Shown: piece by piece, positions 25,501 to 39,391 of the stretch
Position numbering within the stretch: position 1 is the stretch's first letter
How the letters are laid out: each line of letters begins with the position of its first letter
Assembly (NCBI GenBank): GCA_964016885.1
Contig: OZ024757.1
Span: forward strand, 36,084,001-36,148,000
DNA from: Eledone cirrhosa
Lineage: Eukaryota
DNA: 64,000 bases
Direction of reading: 5' to 3'
Made by a program: the position numbers and the translations under genes
The notes under the pieces: model-generated
Databases searched by the model: none
What the model saw: the letters and a program-made list of their open reading frames with translations, nothing else
What the model was told of the DNA's origin: nothing

Positions 25501-26959
25501 AAATGAGGTTGGTGTTGGGAAGGGCATCCAGCTGTAGAAATCAAGCCAGAATCAGTTCCCGTCCCACCCTTGCAAGCAGGGAAAAAGCGGACGTAAAATG
25601 ATGATGATGATGATTCCTGAGCTTAAACAGAGCACCAGATTGACAGCTAAGTTGCATCCATTTATAGTTCCTAAATATATGTGACCAAAAAATTGATGGT
25701 AAAATGGGAGTGGGTCGGCTTATATACGCTATCTAAAGAATGTGTTGTTTAGCTGCGATCGTTTATAAAAAGGTTTTGAAATTTTGCCCATTTCTCAAAC
25801 ATAAAATAAGGTTAGGGGTTGGCTTATATTCAGATAGGCTTATATTCGAGTATATACAATATTTCTAAGGTAACATTTCATTATGTCATTGTTGTTAATG
25901 ATGCTTCATGTTTGATTTGTATTGCTATCTACAATACACTGTATACTATATATATAATGGAGCCATCCAATTCCACACTATGCGATTGGTATTAGGAAGG
26001 GCATCCAGCTGTAAAATACCCGAGCAAATTTAGTACATGGTCAACTCTGGCCAGACTTGCTTCTCAATGTAGACAACTCGTCTAACCCACGCAAACATGG
26101 GAAAATGGACGTTAAACAGTGATGGTGATTATGATGATGGTATATATATACAGGGTGTAACAGGTAAATTGGGATCATTTAAGTATATATAATATAGAGA
26201 GATGTTTGTTGGTTGGTTGGTTTAATCACACACACACATCTAAAAAGAGAGAGACACTGAGGGAGGGAGAGAGAGATAGGACGCTATACAGAGAGAGATA
26301 CAATTAAAGTGTTAGATTCTCAGAGAGTGACATCCTACAAAAATTTAGAATTGTCTTAAACTGTAGATCAATGTATCAGGCTACTGTTTAACAATATTGC
26401 GTTAACTTTTATAAAGTTGTTTCACACCAGTCTTTGGTTTTACAGAACGCAGAAAAAATTGATACTATTTGAAATTAATCTATGGTGTATATTAATTTAG
26501 CTTTATGGGGATAGTGTCATGTTGTTATTGACCTTATTCAGATGACAGTGTGTCAACCTATTCTCTAAGGCTGCTATTTGCATTTACACTTCAGAAGCAA
26601 TGTTATGCGATATAATACTGCGTTTCAGATGATGTCCTTTGGAGCTGAAAAAGATCATACTCGCTATGGTTATTTCACATTTAAAATCCAAGGCTAATGC
26701 TACCATCTAATCGGCAGTTTAATCCCCCAGTCTAATAAGGAAGTTTTATTATTGTTTTTTTTTATGTCTCTCTTTCTTTCATACATACACATTACGGTCT
26801 CACCTCATACTGTAAAATAGACAACACATCAATGCAGTCGTTTTCTCTTTGATCCATCTTGTCTTAACTGTTCTCTCTGGTGAAGCCTGGTACCTCAGCT
26901 AGTCTTTATTATAATTGTTACAACTCGGAAAAAATCAAACACTGCAAACTTTATGTTTA

Positions 26960-27990
26960 TGCCAATTTATTGTGGAGTGTTGAGCACTTATTTCAGGTCA
27001 ATGTGACCGCTATTTACTTCCTTTACCAGTTCAATCCCTTTATGAAATGATGTGCATGCCTTAACTATTTCTTCCTTTTTCATTTTACCAAATGCCTGCT
27101 TAATTGGAGTCTTCAGTGAAGACAAAATTGTGAGAAGTTGTGTTGGATATTGCTTCAACTGTGCCCCATAGCCAAAAATCACACAGATTCAAATCTGGCA
27201 AGCTAGAGGGTCAGATATCTTTAGGGACAAACATGGGCAATTCTGTCTCCAAACATCCTTGCACTCTTATCCAAGAATGAGCAGACGTGGAGTCCTGTAC
27301 AAGCATGACTCGACTTGCATCGTAATGCTTCCTAATCCAAGGCAATAAAACTTCTAAAATTTTGAGATACTTTGCTGTGTTGATTTTAAGACCCGCTTCA
27401 ATAAAATGAGGAGGTATCAATTCCCATCCATTGCAACAGCTCCAAAGACCATATTGGAAGTTGGATTCTTGCTATGCATAGCTGAAGGAACTTGGGAAGG
27501 GTTGTATGCTATTATTTGTGAGTTTTGACGGTTTGCAACTTTGTCTACCATGAACTTCGTTTCATCCATGTAGATGTGGACATCTCCGCCATGATGTTTC
27601 AGATAACTAAGAAGTTCGGGACTTCTTTCAGCGTGAATAGCTTTTGGAGCAGGTATTTAGGATGTTACAGTGTCTCCTTATGTACAATTTCATATGGGGG
27701 GGTATTGTCTCACAGCCCTAGAAATGGTCATTTTACTGATTCTCGATCTTGAGCCAACTACGCCATTGATTTTGATGGCTTTGACTCAATCAATCTTTTA
27801 AGTCCTGCTAAGAAGCGAGGTGTGTGTTTTCAATCACTGCGAGGACTATGAGGCTTTCTTTGAACATCCTAACTTTTCTTCAAATTAGCTACAACTTTAA
27901 AAACGATAGATTTGGCAAACTTTGTCTCTCTAATAATCTCCCCAGCACATTTGTCAGAGCAGAATAATTCGACTATTAAACTTCTATGGA
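26960..27990 (-). mobile_element. Tc1/mariner-superfamily (DD37D/maT-like) transposase pseudogene
   Basis: PPHFIEAGLKINTAKYLKILE..LLPWI...QDSTSAH...PSSLPDLNLCDFWLWG. Confidence 0.75.
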
Positions 27991-28126
27991 TTAATACTTT
28001 AACATACTACTATTTTTTTAAATTTCAGATTGAATAAATTATGAATAAGTGATTTATCCCCCCTATGATCTGTGTTTTTTGTCTCAGGTAGCCATGCACA
28101 ACCTTCTCTGTAAATTGGTCTATTTT

Positions 28127-28735
28127 TTAATCTTGTTCGAACAATGAATAGGATCTTCCAATTTCCCTGGAAGAGATATTTATATCAGGCCTTATTCCAT
28201 ATCTCTCGTCCAGATCAGTGGCTATCCTAATGATATTATTTTCTTCATGCTCATAGATCTGGGCAAGATGGTTGCTGACCTTTTTCTTCTGCTGAAGATG
28301 TTGCTTCAGTGTTACTATCTGGGTCTCGTATGATGTTAATATGAATTTTAGACCCCGGCCACCTTCCTTGCCCAAGAAGTATAGCCTATCCACATCACCA
28401 TTGATGTTAAAGTTTCCAGCAACACTGAGAAGCTTGTGAGTTCTTACATCTATCTCACTTAGTTCTTGTAACGACCAGTTCAGCAGACCAAATGTTGGTG
28501 TTAGGATTGGCACAGTATAAGTATTGTGGGCAATGTATTTGTTGTACACTGATAGTTCTGATGACCATATTTTCTTTACTCTCCTGAAGTATTCAGTTCT
28601 GGTTCTCGCCTTATTTATGGGTCCATCATATCTGACGTTCTCATCCTGTCCAAGATATCTGTAGTTATCACCTGATTGTAGAGGTTCTATCGTCAAGCCG
28701 TTCTCAACAAATTTCATTTTGATGTCTGCAGAAAA
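28127..28735 (-). mobile_element. R4/Dong-like non-LTR retrotransposon fragment
   Basis: YRYLG...EYFRRVKKIWSSELS..NKYIAHNTY.VPIL...W...EL..ID...DVDRLY...EGGRGL. Confidence 0.8.
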
Positions 28736-31423
28736 TTGTGTAATGAGGTCCAATTGTTTTTTAATATAGTTATGTATATATATATATGTGGGTGTATGGG
28801 TGTGTGTGTGTGTGTGCAAGCAGGGAAAAGCGGACGTAAAATGATGATGATGATGATTGACAAGGTTATGAGTATTCACCATAAACCCATTTGCTCACAA
28901 TTACTCAATCAGATATAGTTTGAACATGTGTTGAGTAAAGCATGTCTCAGAGTGTATATTTGTGTGTGTGTGTAGTTTATTGGTGTGTAACTTTAAATTA
29001 CAATTGGTTCGCCAATATCTAAGCACTCAATATCTAAGTGGATCCAGTTGCCAATGTGGTATTGTATATTTGATATTACATCATAGTCAGTATCATTAAG
29101 AAGCAGAGTGGAAATAACAATAATTGTTTCTACTTTTGGCACAAGGCCAGCAATTACCCAGTACATTACTGGTACTTTATTTTATGGACCCCGTAAGGAT
29201 GGAAGGCAAAGTTAACCTCAACGGGATTTGAACTCGGACCGTAAAGGGACGTAACTATGCTAGAAAGCATGGCATCCAACCCTCTACCGATACTGCCAAT
29301 TCACCGGAGAAAATAGCATCATTATGTTTATAAACAGAATAATGCTATTTTCATACCTCGTTCCCAGTATCGGTAGAGGGTCGGACGCCATGCTTTGCAG
29401 CGTAGAGTTACGGCCCTTTATGATCTGAGTTCAAATCCGGCTGAGGTTAACTTTGCCTTTCATCTCTACGGGGTTGATAAAATAAAGCACCAGTAATACA
29501 CTGAGGTAATTGCTGGCCTTGTTCCAAAAGTATAAACAATATTATTATTATTATTACGGGGGTCGATAAAATAAAGTACCAGTAATACACTGGGTAATTG
29601 CTGTGCCAAAAGTAGAAACGATATCATTATTATTATTATTATTATTATTATTAAGGGTGATGGATTGGCAGTAATTGGGAGAGAGTTGGACAAGATTTAC
29701 AGCATATAGTTACATCCCTTTATGTTCTGATTTCAAATCCTGTCCAGGTTAGCTATGCCTTTCATCCTGGGAGGGGAACTGATTCTGGCTTGATTTCTAC
29801 AGCTGGATGTCCTTCCTAACACCAACCTCATTTACAGTGAGTGCTGGGTGCTTTTTTTTTCCGTGGCGCCTACACGTCCACTTTGTAGTGGAATGATAGG
29901 GACCCCAATGTGAAATAAAGTGTCTTGCTCAAGGAAACAACACATCACCCGGTCTGAGAATTGAACTCACAACCTTTCGATTGCAAGGCTAGTGCTCTAA
30001 CCACTAAGCCATGTACCTCCATATATATTATGTGTCAATATATATATTATATATATATATACACGAGGGTCAGCTGTAAATTTAATAGACTATGAAGGAT
30101 TGATGATAGAAATCTTGCATTCATTAATTTCAACTGTTCTTATTAATAAATGCATTGTTCCTTTCCAGTGACTATGTTGAAAAATAAACTTCATTTGGTC
30201 ATTTCATGAGAGTATCTTGGTCAGCCTATGAACATTTTCAGCCAACCCTTGTATATTGTTGTCTTGTTCATTGTTCAGTGAAGCGCTTTTCTGTCATACA
30301 ATCATGTGTTGTTAGATGGTTCTAAATATCAGCTGATGATTTAGAAGTTCTTGAGTAAACACGACAGACAAAACTCCTCCGTGTTTTTCCAGGATTAACT
30401 GGGTGTGTCTGTTGAGATCATGTGTCTCTCTCTCACTCTAATCTTGTCCAGCTGTCAACTTATGCACTTTACTGCACACTGCACATGTTGATTGTTTCTG
30501 TGATTATTTGATTTGATGGAACTAATACTGCCTGTATTCAAAAGACCAACATATCCCTGAGTATCACTCTACCAGCTCTTCAGATTATCAGGCAGGCTTG
30601 GAATGTTTCAATTTGGCATGTTCAATCTGTCATTCCTCAAACATGTTTCATCCTTTTCTACCAGAAAATCTCTCACCATTTTGATTATCTGCCACATCTT
30701 CCCAATTTTTCATATTTATCTCCATCTCTTTTATGCCATCCTAGCTTTTTTTAGGCAGATTTTGTGGATATTATCCAATTTTTAGTTGGCCATAGAAAAT
30801 CTGATTTCATAGTCGTTTACCCACATATGTCCTACTGTTGTTAACTATTTACCTACACGTCCTTCTGGTGTTCACCGTTCACTCATACATCCTACTAGTG
30901 TTCACTGCTTATCTACACCCCACTGGTGTTAACTGTTTATCTACACGTCCTTCTGGTGTTCACTGTTCACCCATTTATCTGACTGCTCTGATGTATTACT
31001 TTATATTTGTGTGTGTGTGTGTTGGTGTTAGGAGGGACATCAAGAAATAGTAACCATGTCACAATGGAATGTAAGAGCAATATGTGTTCATCTAAATCCA
31101 AAATCCAGGGCCTTCTCTCTCCTGTTGGAGGAACCTCTCCCTAATTGACCTCCACACTTCCTATCTCTGGTCATATTGGGCTATGTGGGGCCGTGGTATC
31201 GGGTTAGATCATCATGCCATCTGGCCTATGACTGCCCTCTGTTTCTTCTCCACTGCTTTGGTTTCCACTCTGTCACTCTAATAGTCTACCTGTTCTCTCT
31301 GAGATGAGAGACGCGACCAGTCCATCTATGTTTGTCCTTTGTCTACCCTGTCTGATCTTAGAACTTGTCAACCTGTCCAACCCATGCTAGCATAGAAAAC
31401 AGATTCTAAATGGTGGTGATACA

Positions 31424-31610
31424 CTGTATATACTCAACTATAAGCCAAAGAATATGTGAGCAAAACATTGATTGTAAAATGGAGTTGGCTTATGTTTGGG
31501 GTCAATATTTTGATGATTTTCAGCAACTTCAAATTCTACGTAAATTGGGTCTGTATTTTTCCCCATTTCTCAGACATAAAATAGTGGGGTCAGCTTGAGT
31601 ATGTACAGTA
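31424..31610. mobile_element. TA-flanked MITE (CTGTATATACTC..TATAAG termini)
   Basis: Inverted termini. Related copies at ~25670-25860, 56572-56770, 61080-61200 and 61790-61885. Confidence 0.6.
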
Positions 31611-31735
31611 TATTCTGTGTGTATATGTGTGATCATCATGTCAACTTTTCCATACCAGCAAGAGTTAGACAAGACTTATTGAGGCAGTATTTAAAGCTGG
31701 ATGCCCTTCCTGACAACAACCCTTTTAGTAGTTGA

Positions 31736-32335
31736 CTAGCAGAATGGCCCAGCGTTACTCGGGATTTGCTCTAGGGTTCTTATATATTTAATATATATTT
31801 ATCCTTATCAAGCCTCGTGAAATAAATACGTTTGTTTATATTTTGTTATTGTGTATGCAAAAATATCTGTACACGAATATATAATTATATATATATATAT
31901 ATTAAAATAACAGATTAAAGTGTAAGCAAAGAATTGCTGCTTTCACCCTTAACGGGATCTTCTGAAACTAATAAAATCCATCTGTGAACGCAGAAGTAAA
32001 TATTTCGAAAACCGTTACACTCTATATATATATACACTATATATACATACACACACACACACTGCCGTAATGCAGACATACAGACAGATATTATAAGGGT
32101 GCAACGTTATATCTACGTATCTATCTAAAAAGAGAAAGACTAAGAGTTATAGAGAGAGATCGCTAAATCGCCTAATGCGGTCCCTAGGGCATTGAAAATT
32201 TGAAATTTCTTTTGGTCAAACACTCACAGGACCATAAGTATTACATGTGTAAAGTTTGAAAACAATCGGTTGGGTGGTTCTCGAGTTTTAGTGATTGGAC
32301 AGACAGACAGACATTCTCTGTTTTAGATATGTAGA
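31736..32335 (-). mobile_element. Non-autonomous Helitron
   Basis: Minus strand starts A|TC with a (TGTC)n tract and ends with hairpin CCCGAGTAACGCTGGG plus CTAG|T. Confidence 0.8.
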
Positions 32336-33082
32336 TTATGACACAGAGATATGGCGTACCTATTATAAACCAGGTATACACACATCATCATCTCCATCAC
32401 ACCTTTCCAGTTTCTCTCTCAAACTCCCATGTATGCCCCATGTACGCTCCATTCATCCACTAAAATTAAACACCCAGCAAAGAATATCTTTGTTTCCACC
32501 AGTTGCACCACACCTTGCAGTGACCCAGTTGCACCACTGTGCAGTGTCTGAAAAGTTCATAGACTGACCAAGATACTCTCATGGAATGACCAAATGAGGT
32601 TTATTTTTCAACATAGTCCCTGGAAAGAAACAATGCAGTTATTAATAACAGTTGAAATTATTGTATGCAAGATTTCACAGTGCTAGCATCACTTCTTCAT
32701 AGTCAACTTTTGAAGTTTTCAACCAACCCTTGTATAACTGCCAATGATATGGTTGCTGGTTCAACTCCTGTCCTAAGCTGTATATAATGTAAAACATTTG
32801 TCATGTCCACAGAAGTTTTGTAATTCCAAAATCAAGTTCAACTTCTGTTCAGGACTGGGGACAGATGTTGTTCAAGAAATAGTCCCGTTCAAGGACACAA
32901 TGCGGCGTTTGGTCCAGAAATCAAACCCCAAACCTTATGAGTGTGAGTTTGGAACCCAAACATACTGGGCTACACACATTTGGAAAGATGACTTAACCCG
33001 CCCTCTGCAAATGTTAACACATGTACAAGCAAAGAACATATACCAAACTGAGGCTCAAACAACACACCCACCACCATCTCCG

Positions 33083-33315
33083 CCTCTCTCTACACCCACC
33101 TACCATCCTATCACCACCACTGTACCCCCTCTCTCTACACCCACCTACCATCCTATCACCACCACTGTCCCCCTTCTCTCTATACCCACCTACCATCCTA
33201 TCACCACCACTGTCCCCCCTCTCTCTACCCCACCTACCATCCTATCAACACCACTGTCCCCCTTCTCTCTATACCCACCTACCATCCTATCACCACCACT
33301 GTCCCCCCTCTCTCT
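33083..33315. repeat. 45-bp tandem repeat, ~5 copies
   Basis: CTCTCTACACCCACCTACCATCCTATCACCACCACTGTCCCC-type units. Confidence 0.9.
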
Positions 33316-34074
33316 ATCCCCCCCCCCTCGCACCTCATTTCTTTTCATGTCCCATGCTTCCTTCTTACTCTTCCTCATTCATCTTTATAAAATTCCTTTT
33401 TTTCACTACTACTACTACTTCAATTACTACTGCTGTTGCTGCTACTGCCACCACCATCGCCAACACTATAACTATTCTGACTACTACTACCAGTACCACC
33501 ACCACAGCACTACTACTAGTGTTACTACCAACAGCAGCAGCAGCAGCAGCAGCACCACCACTACTACATATTGTTACTACCCCCCTGCCATTCATTTTTC
33601 TCTCCCTCTACTCCCCCTCGCTTTCTCATACATATCTACACCTCACCTCTACAGCTGCCGTTCCTCATTTAGATCAAATAACCACATTCTTGGTACATAA
33701 GACAATACATACTTGTCTGTGTGTTGTATTGAGGCAAATAACTTTGTGTCTACTCTGGGATTTATACATAACCTTACCTATTGAGTACGCTGAGATGCAA
33801 CAGGTACTAGCAGGGAAACCTTATGCTAGTCCCATCAACCTCTTATTGAATTGGCAGTATCGGTAGAGGGTCGGACATGCTTTCCAGCGCAGTTACGTCC
33901 CTTTACGATCTGAGTTCAAATCCCACCGAGGTTAACTTTGCCTTTCATCCTTACGGGGTAGATAAAATAAAGTACCAGTAATGTACTGGGTAATTGCTGG
34001 CCTTGTGCCAAAAGTAGAAACAATTGTATATATAGTGTTTGAACAAACAGAATCGGAGACAAACTCATATACCA

Positions 34075-34166
34075 AACATATCTGACGAACTTTCGATTAC
34101 AGATTCAGGTTCGATCTATAATAGATCTTGCCTTGAGCCGATCAATAGAGAAACATATGTAATGTT
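34075..34166 (+). ncRNA. Candidate type I hammerhead motif (degenerate)
   Basis: AACATAT-CTGACGA-[hairpin GATCTA/TAGATC]-GAAA-CATATG-TA-ATGTT. Stem I is short. Confidence 0.5.
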
Positions 34167-34418
34167 ATCAAATATGGTATGATGCAACACTGAATCCTTG
34201 TTTCTTCTCATTATGATATATATATAAGGCCGGTGGTATGGCAGTATCGGTAGAGGGTCGGACGCCATGCTTTGACGCACAGAGTTACGGCCCTTGCCAT
34301 TCTGTTTACAAATCCCACTGAGGTTAACTTTGCCTTTCATCCTTACGGGGTCGATAAAATAAAGTACCAGTAATGTACTGGGTAATTGCTGGCCTTGTGC
34401 CAAAAGTAGAAACCATTA

Positions 34419-34473
<55 letters not shown>

Positions 34474-35044
34474 GTGATAAAAGCCAACCGTACCCAATTA
34501 CACCTCTCAAAGGCGATGACACACGACCGTCACCTCTGGCGTCACGCAGTAATACAGAAGACCCGACCCTCCACGGGTACAAGTCAAAGCTGAAGCATAT
34601 AGACAATACACCCCCACACCTTCCCACTGTAAAGTGGTCGTGTAGGCGCCACGAAAAAAAAGCAACCAGCACTCTGTAAATGAGGTTGGTGTTAGGAAGG
34701 GCATCCAGCTGTAGAAATCAGGCCAGTATCAGTTCCTGTATGAGCAAGACATGGTCACCTGACCTGGCATTGCCCACAACAGCACAACACGTCTAACTCA
34801 TGCTCGCGTTGAAGAACGGACGTAAAACGGTGATGATGATATATATATATATATAAAATGATGATATATCTATATATATATATATATATATATATATGGG
34901 CCTTCCAGTTTCATTTTACATTGTATACATGGCTGTGTATTTATTTTAATTATTCAAAAATTATTTTTAAGTGAACATGATTTTAAAAATATATTTTGAA
35001 GTGAATGTGACGCAATGGGTCACAGGTGATCTAGTTTACAATAA

Positions 35045-35387
35045 AAATGCAAATCATCCTTTTTTTTTCTTAAATAGCTCCTCTTAATTATTTTGTCCAT
35101 GGAAAATGTCTACGGGCTCCACTAGTATATATATAATATATATATATAGCTTACTGTAAAGTTGTAGTGCTGGTGCCACAACAGAAAATACCAAGTCCAC
35201 AAAGTTTAATACTTGATATGATAGGAAATGATTGTACTGTATTGTTTACTTTGTGGACTTGGTATTTTCTGTTGGGGCACCGGCACTACAACTTTACAGT
35301 GAGCTATATATATTATATATATACTAGTGGAACCCATGGACAAAATAATTAAGAGGAGCTATTTAAGAAAAAAAAAGGATGATTTGC

Positions 35388-35391
<4 letters not shown>
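35045..35391. repeat. ~350-bp fold-back palindrome
   Basis: Arms 35045-35205 and 35248-35391 are near-perfect reverse complements. Confidence 0.95.
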
Positions 35392-35418
<27 letters not shown>

Positions 35419-35607
35419 TAGGTTTGTTGGTTTACCACTGTATAGAACTGGTCATTTTGTATGGTCAACCTCGATGTAATATTATTGAGAGCACTCAACG
35501 TAATGCAACTCCCCCATCTTCGTTTGCGTTGTTGGTGGTGCGAGTACGGAGTTAATTATTATAAAATAACAGGAGGCTGGACTGGTGTAATTCCTTAAAG
35601 GTTTATT

Positions 35608-35665
35608 ATACTATGAACATTTCAATGACCAGGTTCAGTGTGAATCCGGTGACATCATCAGGTAT
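35608..35665 (-). ncRNA. Type I hammerhead ribozyme motif
   Basis: ATAC-CTGATGA-[TGTCACCGGATTCA CAC TGAACCTGGTCATT]-GAAA-TGTTCA-TA-GTAT. The downstream tail contains TTGAGTGCTC. Confidence 0.7.
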
Positions 35666-35796
35666 TCGAAAATTTAAGAAAGGAATATAATCCATGGGGC
35701 TGAAAAGGCAGAGAGACAAGAAGGCAGCCACGCATTTACCAGTTTCTAGTCCAGTCGGCCGCTTTTATAATATATATATATATATATATATGTATC

Positions 35797-36024
35797 ACTT
35801 AGCTGGACATGCTCACCGACATCCAGAGTTGACATTGCACTCAGTGCTCCTTTGGGAGCCCCTACATGGACACACTAGAAGAGGAAGACCAAGGTTAACG
35901 TATGTTGATGCCCTAAGGACAGACACTGGGCTGTTGGAGACGCAGGACATGGCAGCGATAATGAGGGATAGAGACCGCTGGAGAGAACTCGTCCATGGAT
36001 CTCGGGAATTTTACCCACCTTAGA
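35797..36024 (+). mobile_element. RTE family B 3' fragment
   Basis: [30 protein letters not shown]..., nearly identical to 48498-48722. Confidence 0.9.
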
Positions 36025-36032
36025 ATAGAATA

Positions 36033-36068
<36 letters not shown>

Positions 36069-36138
36069 TATATAGATAAATCGATTGTGTGTGTATATGT
36101 ATTTGTATAGACAGCATAGCCCTCCCAAGTATGTTATA

Positions 36139-36205
<67 letters not shown>

Positions 36206-36583
36206 CATTTTCATATATTTATACAACAGATGTTTTGCATCTCCTTACCACCTCGTCACCTACTTTGCTTTTTTTTTTATTTTTACCTGGCTATACAGTA
36301 TGTGTGTTAGTGTATCATCATCATCATCATCAACGTTTAACGTCCGTGTTCCACGCTTGCATGGGTTTGGACGGGGGTAGTCCCACTTGAGGCAAGAGTG
36401 ATTGTCTTGCTCGCATAGGACTGTCTGGCAGGTTTTCTACAGTTGGATGCCCTTCCTAACACCAACCACATTTACAGTGTGGGTCTGGGAGGTTTTTACC
36501 GTGTTGCCTACACGGCCACATTACAGCGTGGACTGTGTGTTTTTTTGTCGTGACACCTACACGATCTCATTTGTTTCGGCCTG

Positions 36584-36618
<35 letters not shown>

Positions 36619-36669
36619 GTATATATATATATATGTATATATGTATATATATATATCATCATCATCATC

Positions 36670-37476
36670 ATCATTTTACGTCCGCTTTTCCCTGCTTGCA
36701 AGGGTGGGACGGGTCTTATTCAGCACAGCATCTCTCCACTCGTCACGGTCCCTCGTCATCTCCACCGTGAGCTTCAATGATCTGAGGTCTGTTCTCATGT
36801 TTCACCTCCGCCCATGTTTTTCGTGGTCTACCTCTACCACGTCTTCCTTCAACTGGCATTTCCTGGCACTTCTTCACCCATCGGTCATCCTCCATGCGCA
36901 TCACATGTCCATACCACCTCAGTCTCCTCTCCCGTACACTACATTCTATGCCTCTCAGACACAGTTTCTCTCTCAACACATTTATGCTGGGTCGTTCACG
37001 CACATTTACACTGCACATCCAACGGAGCATGCTTGCCTCATTTCTCTCCAGCTGTCGCATATCCTCTGCGGTTGCTGCCCATGTCTCACTACCATGCAGC
37101 ATCGCGCTCCTCACACAGGCATCATACAACCGGCCTTTCGTACGCAGGGAGAAACCCTTCTTCGTCAACAGAGGAAGCAGCTCCCTAAACTTCTTCCAAC
37201 CTGTCCTTATTCTAGATACTATGGCCTCGGAACACCCTCCTCCCATGCTAATCTGATCTCCTAGGTACCGGAAGCTATCCACCACTTCTATAGCGCCCTC
37301 TCGCATTTGAAAAATGTGTCTATCAATGCGACTTCTACTGTCTAATTTCCCTGTACATCTACTGCATACATATTTCTCCCTACCTGTTAGTTTGCCTGCT
37401 ATCCCGCTACATCTCTTGTGTACCCAGGACCTGCATTGTGTGCATTTTATAGAATTTATGTCAGTTACTTTTCTGC
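36670..37476 (-). mobile_element. RTE family A 3' fragment
   Basis: FRYLGD...[12 protein letters not shown]...[17 protein letters not shown]...[11 protein letters not shown]. Confidence 0.9.
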
Positions 37477-37531
37477 ATATATATATATATACATATATAT
37501 ATATGTATATATATGTATATGTATATATATG

Positions 37532-37608
<77 letters not shown>

Positions 37609-37701
37609 GTATATGTATATATATGTATATATATATATATATGTATATATATGTATATATTTATATATGTATATATTTATATATGTATATATATATATAT
37701 T

Positions 37702-37751
<50 letters not shown>

Positions 37752-37785
37752 TATATATATATATATGTGTATATATATATATGTG

Positions 37786-37856
<71 letters not shown>

Positions 37857-37999
37857 GTATATATATATGTATATATATATGTATATATATATATATGTAT
37901 ATATATATGTATATATGTATATGTATATATATGTATATGTGTATATATATATATGTATATATATGTATATGTATATATATATATATGTATATATATATG

Positions 38000-38032
<33 letters not shown>

Positions 38033-38189
38033 GTATATATATATGTATATATATATGTGTATATATATATGTGTATATATATATGTATATATATATATGT
38101 ATATATATATGTATATATATATATGTATATATATATGTATATATATATGTATATATATATATGTATATATATATATGTATATATATATG

Positions 38190-38220
<31 letters not shown>

Positions 38221-38221
38221 G

Positions 38222-38252
<31 letters not shown>

Positions 38253-38259
38253 GTATATA

Positions 38260-38318
<59 letters not shown>

Positions 38319-38438
38319 GTATATATATATATATGTATATATATATGTATATATATGTATATATATATGTATATATATGTATATATATATGTATATATAT
38401 ATATATGTATGTATATATGTATATATATATGTATAAAC

Positions 38439-38484
<46 letters not shown>

Positions 38485-38627
38485 AACGATCTGGTTGTGA
38501 AACCAACAAACCAACCGGAAATTTATAAATTCCTAAATTTATAAATTTATTATAATAAATTGAAGTGAAACAACTGGTGCGTGTGTTTCTTATTGGCAAC
38601 ATGACCCTCCCAAAGTATAACAATATG

Positions 38628-38662
<35 letters not shown>

Positions 38663-38693
38663 GTGTGTATATATATGTATATATATGTGTATA

Positions 38694-38761
<68 letters not shown>

Positions 38762-39359
38762 TGTGTATATATATATATATATATGTGTATATATATGTAT
38801 ATATATGTATGTATGTATATATATATATATGTATATGTATGTATATATATGTATGTATATGTATGTATATATATGTATATATATATATGTATATATATGT
38901 ATATATATATATGTATGTATATATATGTATATATATGTATGTATATGTATGTATATATATGTATATATATATATGTATATATATATATGTATATATATGT
39001 ATATATGTATATATATATATATATGTATATATATATGTATATATGTATATATGTATGTATATATGTATATATATATATGTATGTATATATGTATATATAT
39101 ATATGTATGTATATATGTATGTATATATGTATATATATATATGTATGTATATATGTATATATATATATGTATGTATATATGTATGTATATATGTATATAT
39201 ATATGTATATATATGTGTATATATATATATGTGTATATATATATGTGTGTATATATATATATATATATGTATGTATATATGTATATATATATGTATATAT
39301 ATATATATATATATGTATGTATATATATATATATATATGTATATGTATGTATATGTATG

Positions 39360-39391
<32 letters not shown>

